DNA of 64,000 bases from Desulfobulbaceae bacterium (GTDB lineage Bacteria; Bacteroidota; Ignavibacteria; Kapaibacteriales; UBA2268), in contig JAGXRP010000058.1 of assembly GCA_018335795.1 (NCBI GenBank), positions 11,520 to 75,519 on the forward strand, written 5' to 3'. The notes under the pieces were generated by a model. The model was not told the origin of the DNA, did not search any database, and saw only the letters and a list, made by a program, of their open reading frames with translations. How positions within the stretch are numbered: position 1 is the stretch's first letter; each line of letters opens with the position of its first letter. The position numbers were made by a program, and so were the translations under genes. This document shows, piece by piece, positions 1-9,356 of this stretch.

Positions 1-1
1 T

Positions 2-208
2 GTGTTTTTCAAAGACGGCAAAATGTTTACACCCTCAACACCTCTTTTGGCTGGTACGATGAGGCAGTCATTGTTAAAAAACGGACTAATCCATGAAGTG
101 CCAATCCTATTTGAAGACATTTCTGAATATGATGAATTTATGTTAATTAATTCGATGATGGATTTGGACGAATCCCCCATTTATGATATAAGCCTTATCT
201 CGGTTTAG
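2..208 (+). CDS. 3' end of an unidentified ORF (window-truncated), no recognisable motifs
   Basis: Open frame entering from window edge, 68 codons to stop; no family-level motif recognised. Confidence 0.25.
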   Translation: MFFKDGKMFTPSTPLLAGTMRQSLLKNGLIHEVPILFEDISEYDEFMLINSMMDLDESPIYDISLISV

Positions 209-1046
209 CATTCAAAGGATTGATTCCCAATGAATCGGGGAAAAGTTCCTTCCAAGCAAAATTTACGCGGACGGTGCCAACTTCTGCGGGTGCCACCTGA
301 AAAATATTGAATATCACCGAACCACTATCTAACATAAACAAAAAGTTTTTGAAATTTTCCAATACAGGCTCCGTGCCATTCCGTATCCACGTTGTATCAG
401 CATCCGGCATTTGGGTTGATAACTTATTAAAAGTAAGGTCTGAGAGCCGCTTGAGTAGCGTAGTATCCGCTTGAAGCAAATCCTCGATGAAAATCGTTTC
501 TCCATTCAACAAGTTGAAATTGAGCACTTTGTTGAATCTCAGAATATTATCTGATGGCAAATCAAGTTGCTCGAAATGAAAAATCAACGATGAAATCAGC
601 CTCGAATTATAAGCCAAATCATAATCAATGCTTAATTTGGAGAAAAGTGGAACACTATCATTCTTGTAGCCGGTTTCAGGTGATTGACCACCCAGGAAAA
701 TCTTGAACGATGATATTGAGCCATCAAGAATATTCTTGATTTCAGCATTAAACTGTTTTCTGATACCTTCTCGCTCATAGTGGACTAATTCGGGGAATTG
801 CGCCTCGATAATGTAATTTGGGGTAGCACTTGTATCGGCAAAGGTGCGATGAATGAAAATCAAGGTATCAGACTTTTGGGCTGATATCGAAAGTGAATCC
901 ACATTCTGGAATTGGTCACGGTGCTGTCTTTGTGTTTCGCTACACGATACACAAAGCAAACAAAACGCAAACAATATTAGAAAATTTTGTCCCATAATCA
1001 AGACTAAAATAAGGAAATTTTGAAAAAAACGGATGTTTTTGTGCAA
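195..1046 (-). CDS. Hypothetical secreted/lipoprotein (possible DUF3298/DUF4163-like); alternative start at internal Met (~995)
   Basis: 283-aa ORF with hydrophobic N-terminal signal-like segment MGQNFLILFAFCLLCVSCSE; no catalytic motifs seen. Confidence 0.45.
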   Translation of the reverse strand: MHKNIRFFQNFLILVLIMGQNFLILFAFCLLCVSCSETQRQHRDQFQNVDSLSISAQKSDTLIFIHRTFADTSATPNYIIEAQFPELVHYEREGIRKQFNAEIKNILDGSISSFKIFLGGQSPETGYKNDSVPLFSKLSIDYDLAYNSRLISSLIFHFEQLDLPSDNILRFNKVLNFNLLNGETIFIEDLLQADTTLLKRLSDLTFNKLSTQMPDADTTWIRNGTEPVLENFKNFLFMLDSGSVIFNIFQVAPAEVGTVRVNFAWKELFPDSLGINPLNAKPR

Positions 1047-1156
1047 TTTTGCTTAATAAATTTGGTAAAACAGCTAAATTTAAGTAATTTCGTAAATTAA
1101 TTATTAGTCATATTTTGAAAATTTAATTGAAGATTTAACAGATTTTGAAAAACTAA

Positions 1157-2572
<1,416 letters not shown>

Positions 2573-2595
2573 TTTATTTTTGGCATAATTTTCAA

Positions 2596-2633
2596 AATGG
2601 GCTGTCCACCAAGGGCAGTCCATTTTTTTTTTC
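2596..2633 (+). terminator. Rho-independent terminator downstream of tnaA-like gene
   Basis: TGGGCTGTCC-ACCAA-GGGCAGTCCA imperfect hairpin (one G.U wobble, one bulge) followed by T9-T10. Confidence 0.65.
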
Positions 2634-2660
2634 TGTGGGGTTGGGGGATAGGGGTTAGGG
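2634..2660 (+). other. G-quadruplex-forming motif (four G4-5 tracts) on + strand
   Basis: ctGTGGGGTTGGGGGATAGGGGTTAGGGG: four G-runs with 2-3 nt loops; conspicuous in an AT-rich genome. Confidence 0.5.
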
Positions 2661-2807
2661 GTCTTTACCCCGAAGGGGTAACATGTTTATAGGAAAAAAT
2701 GGGTCTCATGTCTGTGTCTTTACCCCGAAGGGGTAACATATTTATAGGAAAAGGTTCTCCCGTCTCGTGTCTTTACCCCGAAGGGGTAACATGTTTATAG
2801 GAAAAAA
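2661..2807. repeat. Three tandem ~37-bp direct repeats (period 53-55 bp), each containing a CCCC-GAA-GGGG hairpin
   Basis: gtctttaccccgaaggggtaacatgtttataggaaaa at 2661, 2716, 2769 (1 mismatch in copy 2); 16-bp spacers are also similar to each other. Confidence 0.85.
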
Positions 2808-2819
2808 GGTCCCCAACCC

Positions 2820-3974
2820 CTAAACTTCCTTCTTTTCTTTTTTATGAATGTTATGACCACCACGACCCGGTGACCAATTAAAATTTATACTATTTAACTG
2901 TCTGATTTGTTCTTCTGTTAATTGATAATTAAAATGTCCTTTTTTAACTTTCCTTATATAACGCACCCACTCTGATAATTTTCTATTTTCATTCGGAATT
3001 GAAATGTTGCCATTTTCCTCATAAAACTTTTTAAGTAATTTAAAGTTCAATTCCCAATTGTGTTCCTCCCAATGCCATATAAATCCAATTTCATTTAATC
3101 TTCGTTTTTTATCTTCCGGCAATTCACCTCTTTTCGTACGTTGACGATGTACCCAATAATAGAATAATCTGTCTTCGTAATTTACAGGAACATGACAGTG
3201 ACCATACTTATTTTTAAATTCTAACATTTTATTAAAATTTAATTCCCAATCATTCTCGAGAATTGATTCTTTAAGGTTAAAATTAAAATTAATGTTATTG
3301 AGTAATAAAATTTTATCTTTACTCAGCATATTGCGATTATAATACCAAATTTGTTTGCAACACCATCTGTTTAACCGATTCAAACTTTGCCCATTATAGC
3401 CTTGCGTCATATCCCGTTGAACGTAGGCAACACCGTGTTCTTCATAGTAATCTTTCAGCCAACCATACATTTCATCCCATTTATGCCGTTTAATTCCCCA
3501 GTCAAATTCAAGTTCATCAAGAAGTCTAATTCTCTCATCAGAAAGTCTTTTCTTGTGATAGCGCTGTTCTCCGACCCATTTGCCAAGCTTAAAATATTCA
3601 TTATCATATTTTGGAACATTACTATGACCAAATTTATTTTTATAATCTAATAATTCCTCATATCTTCTATGCCAGTAAGTATCAAGTGGTTCAAATAAAA
3701 AACCTGCATCCTGGAGTTGTTTAAATCTCCAGTCTTTCAGCAATCCTCTTCTTGCTTGTACTCTTTGAGTATTTGCCCATCTTGCAATAATTCCTATTTC
3801 GGGAGTAAATCTTGGACTTTCCGGCTCACAAGCTATTCTTTGATGTCCGTTTTTGCGAACAATTTCTTGCCATTTATTTAGTTTTTCTATCCATATTAAA
3901 TCCCATTTTTCATGAAGGGTCAATTCATCAACAGCGTAAACTTTTCGCCTATTTCTTACGACTACTTTAGCCAT
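2820..3974 (-). CDS. Helicase-associated (HA) domain repeat protein (five tandem HA domains), co-operonic with type IIG RM enzyme
   Basis: Five ~65-aa repeats each with W..(F/Y)..L..(F/Y)...GH..VP......LG.WV..QR........L...R...L..(I/L)GF.W signature of PF03457; start codon overlaps stop of upstream gene at 3974. Confidence 0.75.
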   Translation of the reverse strand: MAKVVVRNRRKVYAVDELTLHEKWDLIWIEKLNKWQEIVRKNGHQRIACEPESPRFTPEIGIIARWANTQRVQARRGLLKDWRFKQLQDAGFLFEPLDTYWHRRYEELLDYKNKFGHSNVPKYDNEYFKLGKWVGEQRYHKKRLSDERIRLLDELEFDWGIKRHKWDEMYGWLKDYYEEHGVAYVQRDMTQGYNGQSLNRLNRWCCKQIWYYNRNMLSKDKILLLNNINFNFNLKESILENDWELNFNKMLEFKNKYGHCHVPVNYEDRLFYYWVHRQRTKRGELPEDKKRRLNEIGFIWHWEEHNWELNFKLLKKFYEENGNISIPNENRKLSEWVRYIRKVKKGHFNYQLTEEQIRQLNSINFNWSPGRGGHNIHKKEKKEV

Positions 3975-6900
3975 TATTCTCCCTCCACAATCCTTATTTC
4001 TTCATCGCTCAATTCGTAGAGCTGATAGACGAGTTGGTCTATTGTGCGGTCGGTTTGGTTGATAATTGCTTTGATTTCCTGCGCTTTCGATGTCATTCGG
4101 GTTAGGCGTTCCGACCAGTCTTCTTTGTGTACGCCTTTGAGTTCGATTTTTAGCTTGCGGAGTTCGGCGGTGAAGTCTGCCCAACTGAGTTCGTACCAAT
4201 TTTGCAGTTTGGTGCTTAGTTTTTCGATGCTGAAATCTGCTTTCAGTAGGTCAAGAAATTTATTCTTTACATCCTGCAGCTCTTTATTTTTCTCAAGCAT
4301 AATATCGGCAAGCTCTATGAATGGGACTTGTGCTTCAGGAGATATGTTTGGAATGGGTAATTCTTTACATTGTCCAAGTTTTGCTTTTGGAAAAACATTG
4401 TCGAATTCTGAAAAATTGAATTTAAAGTAATAACCTAATAAAGTTGAATTCAATATTGTAAGAATAAATCTATAATCATAATTTGAATCTTCTGAAATTA
4501 ATTTGCAAACATGAGCAGTATTTTTTGTGGTGTAGTCATCACTTACAAATGTAGCAATAATACCCCTTGTATCAGGTATTTCTCTAATAATTATTCGATC
4601 TCCAATAAAAATATCTTTCTTTCTAGGAGCCGCTAACCATTCACCATATTTAATGTACTCATTCATCCAATCAATTTGATACCTTTTAATATTATTCCCA
4701 GATAGATGTTTCAAATAATCATCAGATATTTTATAATTTGAATTAAATACTTTATTAATTACATCGGATGAGGTTTGTTTTGGAATACCTTTCCCAATCT
4801 CATATTCTTTCAAACCACTATAAAGATTACATATAGAATTTAACTTTATGCTATTTTGATTTACTTTTTCAATTAGCTTTTTTGTTGAGTCATTTTGAAA
4901 TAATTGAAAATCTCCATGTTCTTTGATGTTATCTTGTATAATCTCGGATGATTTAGTAATATTATTATTTATTAGTTCGGATGTCTGAATTATATTATTT
5001 TCAACGTACAACTTTTTAGCTATAATTATTGAATTATCAACCTTAATTCCTTCGAATACTCCCATTGGTAATATTACTAAATCATTAATCGTATGTTCTG
5101 ATAGTATTGATGTTCTAAAATTAACTAATGTTAAATTATTTATCCAAGAGTTTGGAATAATTAACCCAAGAGTTCCATTTAATGATAACAAATCAAATGA
5201 AAGTTTTGTAAATAAAAGGTATAAATCTAATTGATTTTTTTGAAGATTATACTTTAAACTTAAATAATCACTTTGAATTGATATATCTTTATTATCAATA
5301 TTAGTAACATACGGTGGATTGCCAATAACGACATCGAAGCCGCCGGAATATTCTAATTTATCATTTATTTGAGCATCGGCTTGTGCATTATCCTTATTTA
5401 TCAATAAATACAAACGGTCAACTTCATCCATTATAGAATTACACACACCCTCAAAACTGTTCATCACTTCTAAATTATTGAATCTTATAACTTTAATGCC
5501 ATAATGATTTAATATTTCGGAACGGACACTGTCGTATTCAAGCCCCTCATCACTAAAATGCGAATCGCCGTCAATTTCGATTGCCAACTTCACCTCGGCA
5601 ATATAAAAATCAACGATATAATTGTCAATAGTTCTCTGCCTTAAAACTCTGAATTTGAAATCATGCAGAAAGTGATACCAAAGCTTTTTCTCGGGCGCTG
5701 TCATATTTTTCCTCAACTCTTTCGCCCTATCAATGAGTTTCGGATTATACGGCAAATAATATTGCGAATAAAGCAGCCCTCTTTTGATAATCCAATCTTT
5801 CATATGCGCATAAGAATCCCCCTTTAATTCCCCCTTGGAAAGGGGGATTTCGCCCATATCATGATTTAATTCCCCCTTGGGAAGCGGAATTTCGTCCATA
5901 TCTTCATCAAATTCGTCCATATTTTTATTTAATTCCCCCTTGGAAAGGGGGATTTCGCCCATTTCATGATTTAATTCCCCCTTGGGAAGCGGGATTTCGT
6001 CCATATCTTCATCAAATTCGTCCATATTTTGATTTAATTCCCCCTTGGAAAGGGGGTTAGGGGGATATGACTTCTCATCTATTTTGGGATATGCGCCTGA
6101 TTTTGAATTAGAATTATAAGAATCCCCCTTTAATTCCCCCTTGGAAAGGGGGATTTCGCCCATTTCTTGATTTAATTCCCCCTTTTTAAGGGGGTTAGGG
6201 GGATATGACTTCTCATCTATTTTGGGATATGCGCTTAATTTTGAATTCAAATTATAAGAATCCCCCTTTAATTCTCCCTTGGAAAGGGGGATTTCGCCCA
6301 AATAACGATTAAGTTCCCCCTTTTTAAGGGGGTTAGGGGGATATGACTTTTTAACTTTAAACACCTGCGGAAATTCCTTCGCCCAATCAAATGCTTTCTC
6401 GCCTGCTACTTCGGGGTCGTCTATCAGTGAGTTGCCGCATTTGATATTACTTGTGAGCGTGTTTAGTTTTCTGCCTTTTTGTGCAGTCCGCAGCCATAAG
6501 GAAAGTTTTGCGATTTCGACGGATTCTTCATTTATATCCACACCGAATATATTATTTTCGAGTATGTCGGTGGTAATATCGGCAAAAACTAAGCCACCAC
6601 CAAATAGCAATGCCCGCAGTTCATCGAGCTTTCTGTGTTCTTCAATTAAAAATTCGAGCGCCTGATTCAAAAATGCTCCGGAGCCGCAAGCGGGGTCAAG
6701 TATTGTGATGGTAAGTAGCCAGTTGCGATAATTTGTGATTTTTGCGTCGAGTGCAATGATTATGTTTTTATCTTTTTTGGTTCTTTCGATTGCATAATCT
6801 TCGGGGTTGATGCCGAATTGGACGCGTTTTTCAGCACATAATTTACCGACAGTATTTTCAACGATATATTTTGTGATGTATTTGGGAGTATAGTAGATGC

Positions 6901-8017
6901 CGTCTTTTTTGCGTTTGGATTTTTGGGTTTCGACTTTTTCGCCCATGATTTCCGCCTGCACGTTTTCAATTTCACCAAGTGAATGCTCGAAAATATGCCC
7001 GAGAATATTGACATCGACTTCTGTATCGAAATCGTATTGGGATAGTTTCAGGGTATGACTGTATAGGATTTCATCATCAATTGTGATGTTGTCCAAAATT
7101 TCATCTTCAGCGAAAAGCCCGCCATTATAGGCAAAAACCTCCATGTGCTTATTTTTGTATCCGGTGTTCAGGTAGCCGAAATATTTTTTGAATCTGTCGT
7201 AGAGCGGCACGTATTCATCAAGTACATCACGCAGAGTTTCCCAATGATTTATAATTTCCCTGATGGAATTTGGTGGCAGAAGCAGTCGGTCCTCAGCGAA
7301 AAATACGAATAAAAATCGATCGAGAAGTTTTTGCGTCTTCTTGAAAAGCAGAAGTTTGTCGAGCTCGGGATTATTTTTTATCAGATTATTATAAATAGCG
7401 TTGCGGAATTTGGAGTAATCGGCATAAAGCTTTTTGGTAATGTCTTCTTCCTGCAATAGGGAAGATTCCTTGATTTTGAGCGGCACATCATTTAGCAGAT
7501 TATCTTTGCCTAGACAGAGCCACAGCAGAGAAAATTGATTACGCGAAAGATTGAACAAATCAAAATCAATGTAATCAACGGCATTTTGGATATAAAAACG
7601 CAATTTGCCGAAATTTGAAGTGATGACATAAATACATTTTGGATGATGATTTTTGTAGCCGAACGCCTGGGATTCGATAGTGTCAAGGTCGGTAGTGGAG
7701 AGCGATTTCAGTTCGATGACGGCAAGGGCTTCATCACCGCGTAAGATAGCACCGTCGGCTTTGCGGCTGTTGGTGATATTTTTATATTCGGAAATTAGGT
7801 TGTAATCCGGCTCGGGCTGTAGTGTATAGCCCAAAATTTTGACGAATAATTCCCGAAGGAAACCTTCCTGAAATTGTTCTTCTTTGGCAGATTTAATATT
7901 TAGCTGAATCAGCTTATTGCCGAAATATTCCATAAATGCGGAATACTTGACATCAATGAGTGTGGAATCCAACTCATTTAGATATTTTTTCTCAACTGAC
8001 TTTTGAAATAAACTCAT
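3974..8017 (-). CDS. Type IIG restriction-modification fusion enzyme (N-terminal PD-ExK nuclease + Eco57I/MmeI-like gamma-class N6-adenine MTase + TRD) carrying a ~332-aa in-frame insertion
   Basis: N-term ADGAIL...AVIELKS (PD-ExK); MTase motif I ILDPACGSGAFL; NNIFGVDINEESVEIAKLSLWL; CGNSLIDD; FDWAKEFPQVF then insertion then GGFDVVIGNPPYV (motif IV). Confidence 0.75.
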   Translation of the reverse strand: MSLFQKSVEKKYLNELDSTLIDVKYSAFMEYFGNKLIQLNIKSAKEEQFQEGFLRELFVKILGYTLQPEPDYNLISEYKNITNSRKADGAILRGDEALAVIELKSLSTTDLDTIESQAFGYKNHHPKCIYVITSNFGKLRFYIQNAVDYIDFDLFNLSRNQFSLLWLCLGKDNLLNDVPLKIKESSLLQEEDITKKLYADYSKFRNAIYNNLIKNNPELDKLLLFKKTQKLLDRFLFVFFAEDRLLLPPNSIREIINHWETLRDVLDEYVPLYDRFKKYFGYLNTGYKNKHMEVFAYNGGLFAEDEILDNITIDDEILYSHTLKLSQYDFDTEVDVNILGHIFEHSLGEIENVQAEIMGEKVETQKSKRKKDGIYYTPKYITKYIVENTVGKLCAEKRVQFGINPEDYAIERTKKDKNIIIALDAKITNYRNWLLTITILDPACGSGAFLNQALEFLIEEHRKLDELRALLFGGGLVFADITTDILENNIFGVDINEESVEIAKLSLWLRTAQKGRKLNTLTSNIKCGNSLIDDPEVAGEKAFDWAKEFPQVFKVKKSYPPNPLKKGELNRYLGEIPLSKGELKGDSYNLNSKLSAYPKIDEKSYPPNPLKKGELNQEMGEIPLSKGELKGDSYNSNSKSGAYPKIDEKSYPPNPLSKGELNQNMDEFDEDMDEIPLPKGELNHEMGEIPLSKGELNKNMDEFDEDMDEIPLPKGELNHDMGEIPLSKGELKGDSYAHMKDWIIKRGLLYSQYYLPYNPKLIDRAKELRKNMTAPEKKLWYHFLHDFKFRVLRQRTIDNYIVDFYIAEVKLAIEIDGDSHFSDEGLEYDSVRSEILNHYGIKVIRFNNLEVMNSFEGVCNSIMDEVDRLYLLINKDNAQADAQINDKLEYSGGFDVVIGNPPYVTNIDNKDISIQSDYLSLKYNLQKNQLDLYLLFTKLSFDLLSLNGTLGLIIPNSWINNLTLVNFRTSILSEHTINDLVILPMGVFEGIKVDNSIIIAKKLYVENNIIQTSELINNNITKSSEIIQDNIKEHGDFQLFQNDSTKKLIEKVNQNSIKLNSICNLYSGLKEYEIGKGIPKQTSSDVINKVFNSNYKISDDYLKHLSGNNIKRYQIDWMNEYIKYGEWLAAPRKKDIFIGDRIIIREIPDTRGIIATFVSDDYTTKNTAHVCKLISEDSNYDYRFILTILNSTLLGYYFKFNFSEFDNVFPKAKLGQCKELPIPNISPEAQVPFIELADIMLEKNKELQDVKNKFLDLLKADFSIEKLSTKLQNWYELSWADFTAELRKLKIELKGVHKEDWSERLTRMTSKAQEIKAIINQTDRTIDQLVYQLYELSDEEIRIVEGE
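5348..6343 (-). mobile_element. In-frame insertion inside the MTase catalytic domain: complete DUF559 (Vsr-like PD-(D/E)xK endonuclease) unit plus upstream repeat array
   Basis: Inserted segment translates MKDWIIKRGLLYSQYYLPYNPKLIDRAKELRKNMTAPEKKLWYHFLHDFKFRVLRQRTIDNYIVDFYIAEVKLAIEIDGDSHF...GIKVIRFNNLEVMNSFEGV (canonical DUF559 from its own Met). Flanking MTase residues FPQVF and GGFDVVIGNPPY are normally ~10 aa apart in Eco57I-family enzymes. Confidence 0.5.
5805..6343. repeat. Array of nested direct repeats (~138-bp super-unit, 46 codons) built from CCCCC-N7-GGGGG hairpins; in frame within the ORF, encoding PLSKGEL / SYPPNPLKKGEL peptide repeats
   Basis: ttaattcccccttggaaagggggatttcgcccat x5, ttaattcccccttgggaagcgggatttcgtccatatcttcatcaaattcgtccatatt x2, aagggggttagggggatatgactt... 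x3. Confidence 0.85.
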
Positions 8018-8040
8018 ATTTAATTTATGAATATTTTTAT

Positions 8041-8070
8041 TATTAATTTACCCCAAACCCCGAACCCCAA
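8041..8070 (-). other. Canonical G-quadruplex motif on coding strand 24-53 nt upstream of the RM gene start
   Basis: Minus strand reads GGGGTTTTGGGGTTCGGGGTTTGGGG (four G4 tracts, loops 3-4 nt). Confidence 0.5.
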
Positions 8071-8076
8071 AACCCC

Positions 8077-9270
8077 TTACCGCATGTCTTTTAGTACGAT
8101 TTCGATTTCGTGAGCTAATTTTTTGTTGACTTGGTCGAATGTGCCGCTACCGTCAATTTTGACACCATTATGCAATTTCATGTATTTTGAAATTACGGGG
8201 ACTGTTCTTGTTTCGTGGTCTTGCAAACGTTGGATGATTTTTTCGTAATTGGAATCATAGGGTCGGCTGCCATCGGTTTTGCCACGTACATTTAATCTGC
8301 GAATCAATTCTAAGGTAGGGACTTCGATTTCGATTACTTTTGTGATGGACGATGTGTATTTCTTGAGCAATCCGTCCAGAATATATGATTGAACCAATGT
8401 TCTCGGGAATCCTTTGAAAATGAAACCCTTCATGTCCTGCGATTTAGAGATTTTTTCTTCAATCAATTGGACAACTATTTCATCGGGGACTAATTGACCG
8501 ATTTGGTCGGGGTTTAGAGTGCCACTATCATAAAGCTTTTTAATTTGGATTCCGTATTCAGTTTGCATTTCAACTTCGCTTTCTAACATATCGCCGGCTG
8601 AAAGGTATTCGAGACCGAATTTTTCGGCTAATGCTCTGCCTTGGGCGCTACGTCCCGAGCCCGGATAGCCGAATAGAACGACATTGAGCAAGCTCTTGCT
8701 GAGTTCTTCTTTGACGATTTCGGTGATTTGGTCTTTGACACCTTTGATGTCCAAAAGTCCATTGACCTCTTTGTAATTGCCGCGGTCTTTGAAAAATTTG
8801 AGCACGGGCAACGTTTTTTGGTTGTATTCTTGCAATCGTGTTCGGATTACGCTTTCGTTGTCGTCGGAGCGGCTCGAAGATTTTCCTCTGCCGAGAAGCC
8901 TTTTGACGGATTCTTCTTCAGGCACATCAATGCTGATTAGGCAATTTAGCGAGGTGTTGAGCTTGAGCATCAAGCCTTCGAGTATATAGGCTTGGACGTA
9001 GGTACGCGGGAAGCCGTCGAAAAGAAAGCCGTTGAATGAGGTATTTTCGGTGATTGTCTTTTCAATTATTTGGACTATGATTTCGTCAGAAACCAAGCCG
9101 CCGGACGCGATGACGCTTTTAACTTCTTTGCCGATTGGCGTATCGAGTGAGATTTCATTTCGGAGCAAATCGCCTGTCGAAATGTAGAATAAATTGTATT
9201 TCTTAATTAAATACTCTGACTGTGTTCCTTTCCCTGCACCCGGAGGTCCAAATAGTGCTATGTTCAACAT
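8077..9270 (-). CDS. adk: Tandem-duplicated (fused) adenylate kinase; second domain has degenerate P-loop
   Basis: Domain 1: FGPPGAGKGTQ, LFDGFPRT. Domain 2 directly fused: FGYPGSGRSAQG (Walker-A Lys->Arg, GT->SA), FKGFPRT retained; both short-LID type. Confidence 0.85.
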   Translation of the reverse strand: MLNIALFGPPGAGKGTQSEYLIKKYNLFYISTGDLLRNEISLDTPIGKEVKSVIASGGLVSDEIIVQIIEKTITENTSFNGFLFDGFPRTYVQAYILEGLMLKLNTSLNCLISIDVPEEESVKRLLGRGKSSSRSDDNESVIRTRLQEYNQKTLPVLKFFKDRGNYKEVNGLLDIKGVKDQITEIVKEELSKSLLNVVLFGYPGSGRSAQGRALAEKFGLEYLSAGDMLESEVEMQTEYGIQIKKLYDSGTLNPDQIGQLVPDEIVVQLIEEKISKSQDMKGFIFKGFPRTLVQSYILDGLLKKYTSSITKVIEIEVPTLELIRRLNVRGKTDGSRPYDSNYEKIIQRLQDHETRTVPVISKYMKLHNGVKIDGSGTFDQVNKKLAHEIEIVLKDMR

Positions 9271-9356
9271 ATTATAATCTTCGTAAATTTACAAAAGAAT
9301 AATAACGTAAAACTAATGAAATACTTGGTAAATGACAAAATATTAACGCTTTATGA

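Noticed and set aside
1033-1056. tnaC-like leader peptide upstream of the tryptophanase-family gene
   Set aside because: The only short upstream ORF is MFLCNFA (7 aa), which has no Trp codon and no following rut/pause features. This is not convincing.
2661-2807. Possible mini-CRISPR array (three 37-bp repeats with spacers)
   Set aside because: Spacers are only 16 bp and nearly identical to each other. There are only three copies and no cas genes anywhere in the window. It fits a tandem-duplicated hairpin repeat better.
5348-6343. Intein in the methyltransferase
   Set aside because: Neither insertion junction has the Cys/Ser/Thr splice nucleophiles, and no Hint blocks (A/B/F/G) or terminal HN are visible. 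The insert is instead a recognisable DUF559 unit plus repeats.
4002-7014. Internal and antisense ORFs within the RM gene (4002..4199, 4044..4430, 6432..6665, 6760..7014)
   Set aside because: They overlap a strongly supported 1347-aa coding frame and have low-complexity, Ser/Leu-rich translations.
8728-8989. Two 70-aa + strand ORFs inside the double-adk gene
   Set aside because: They are antisense to conserved adenylate kinase motifs, so they are spurious.
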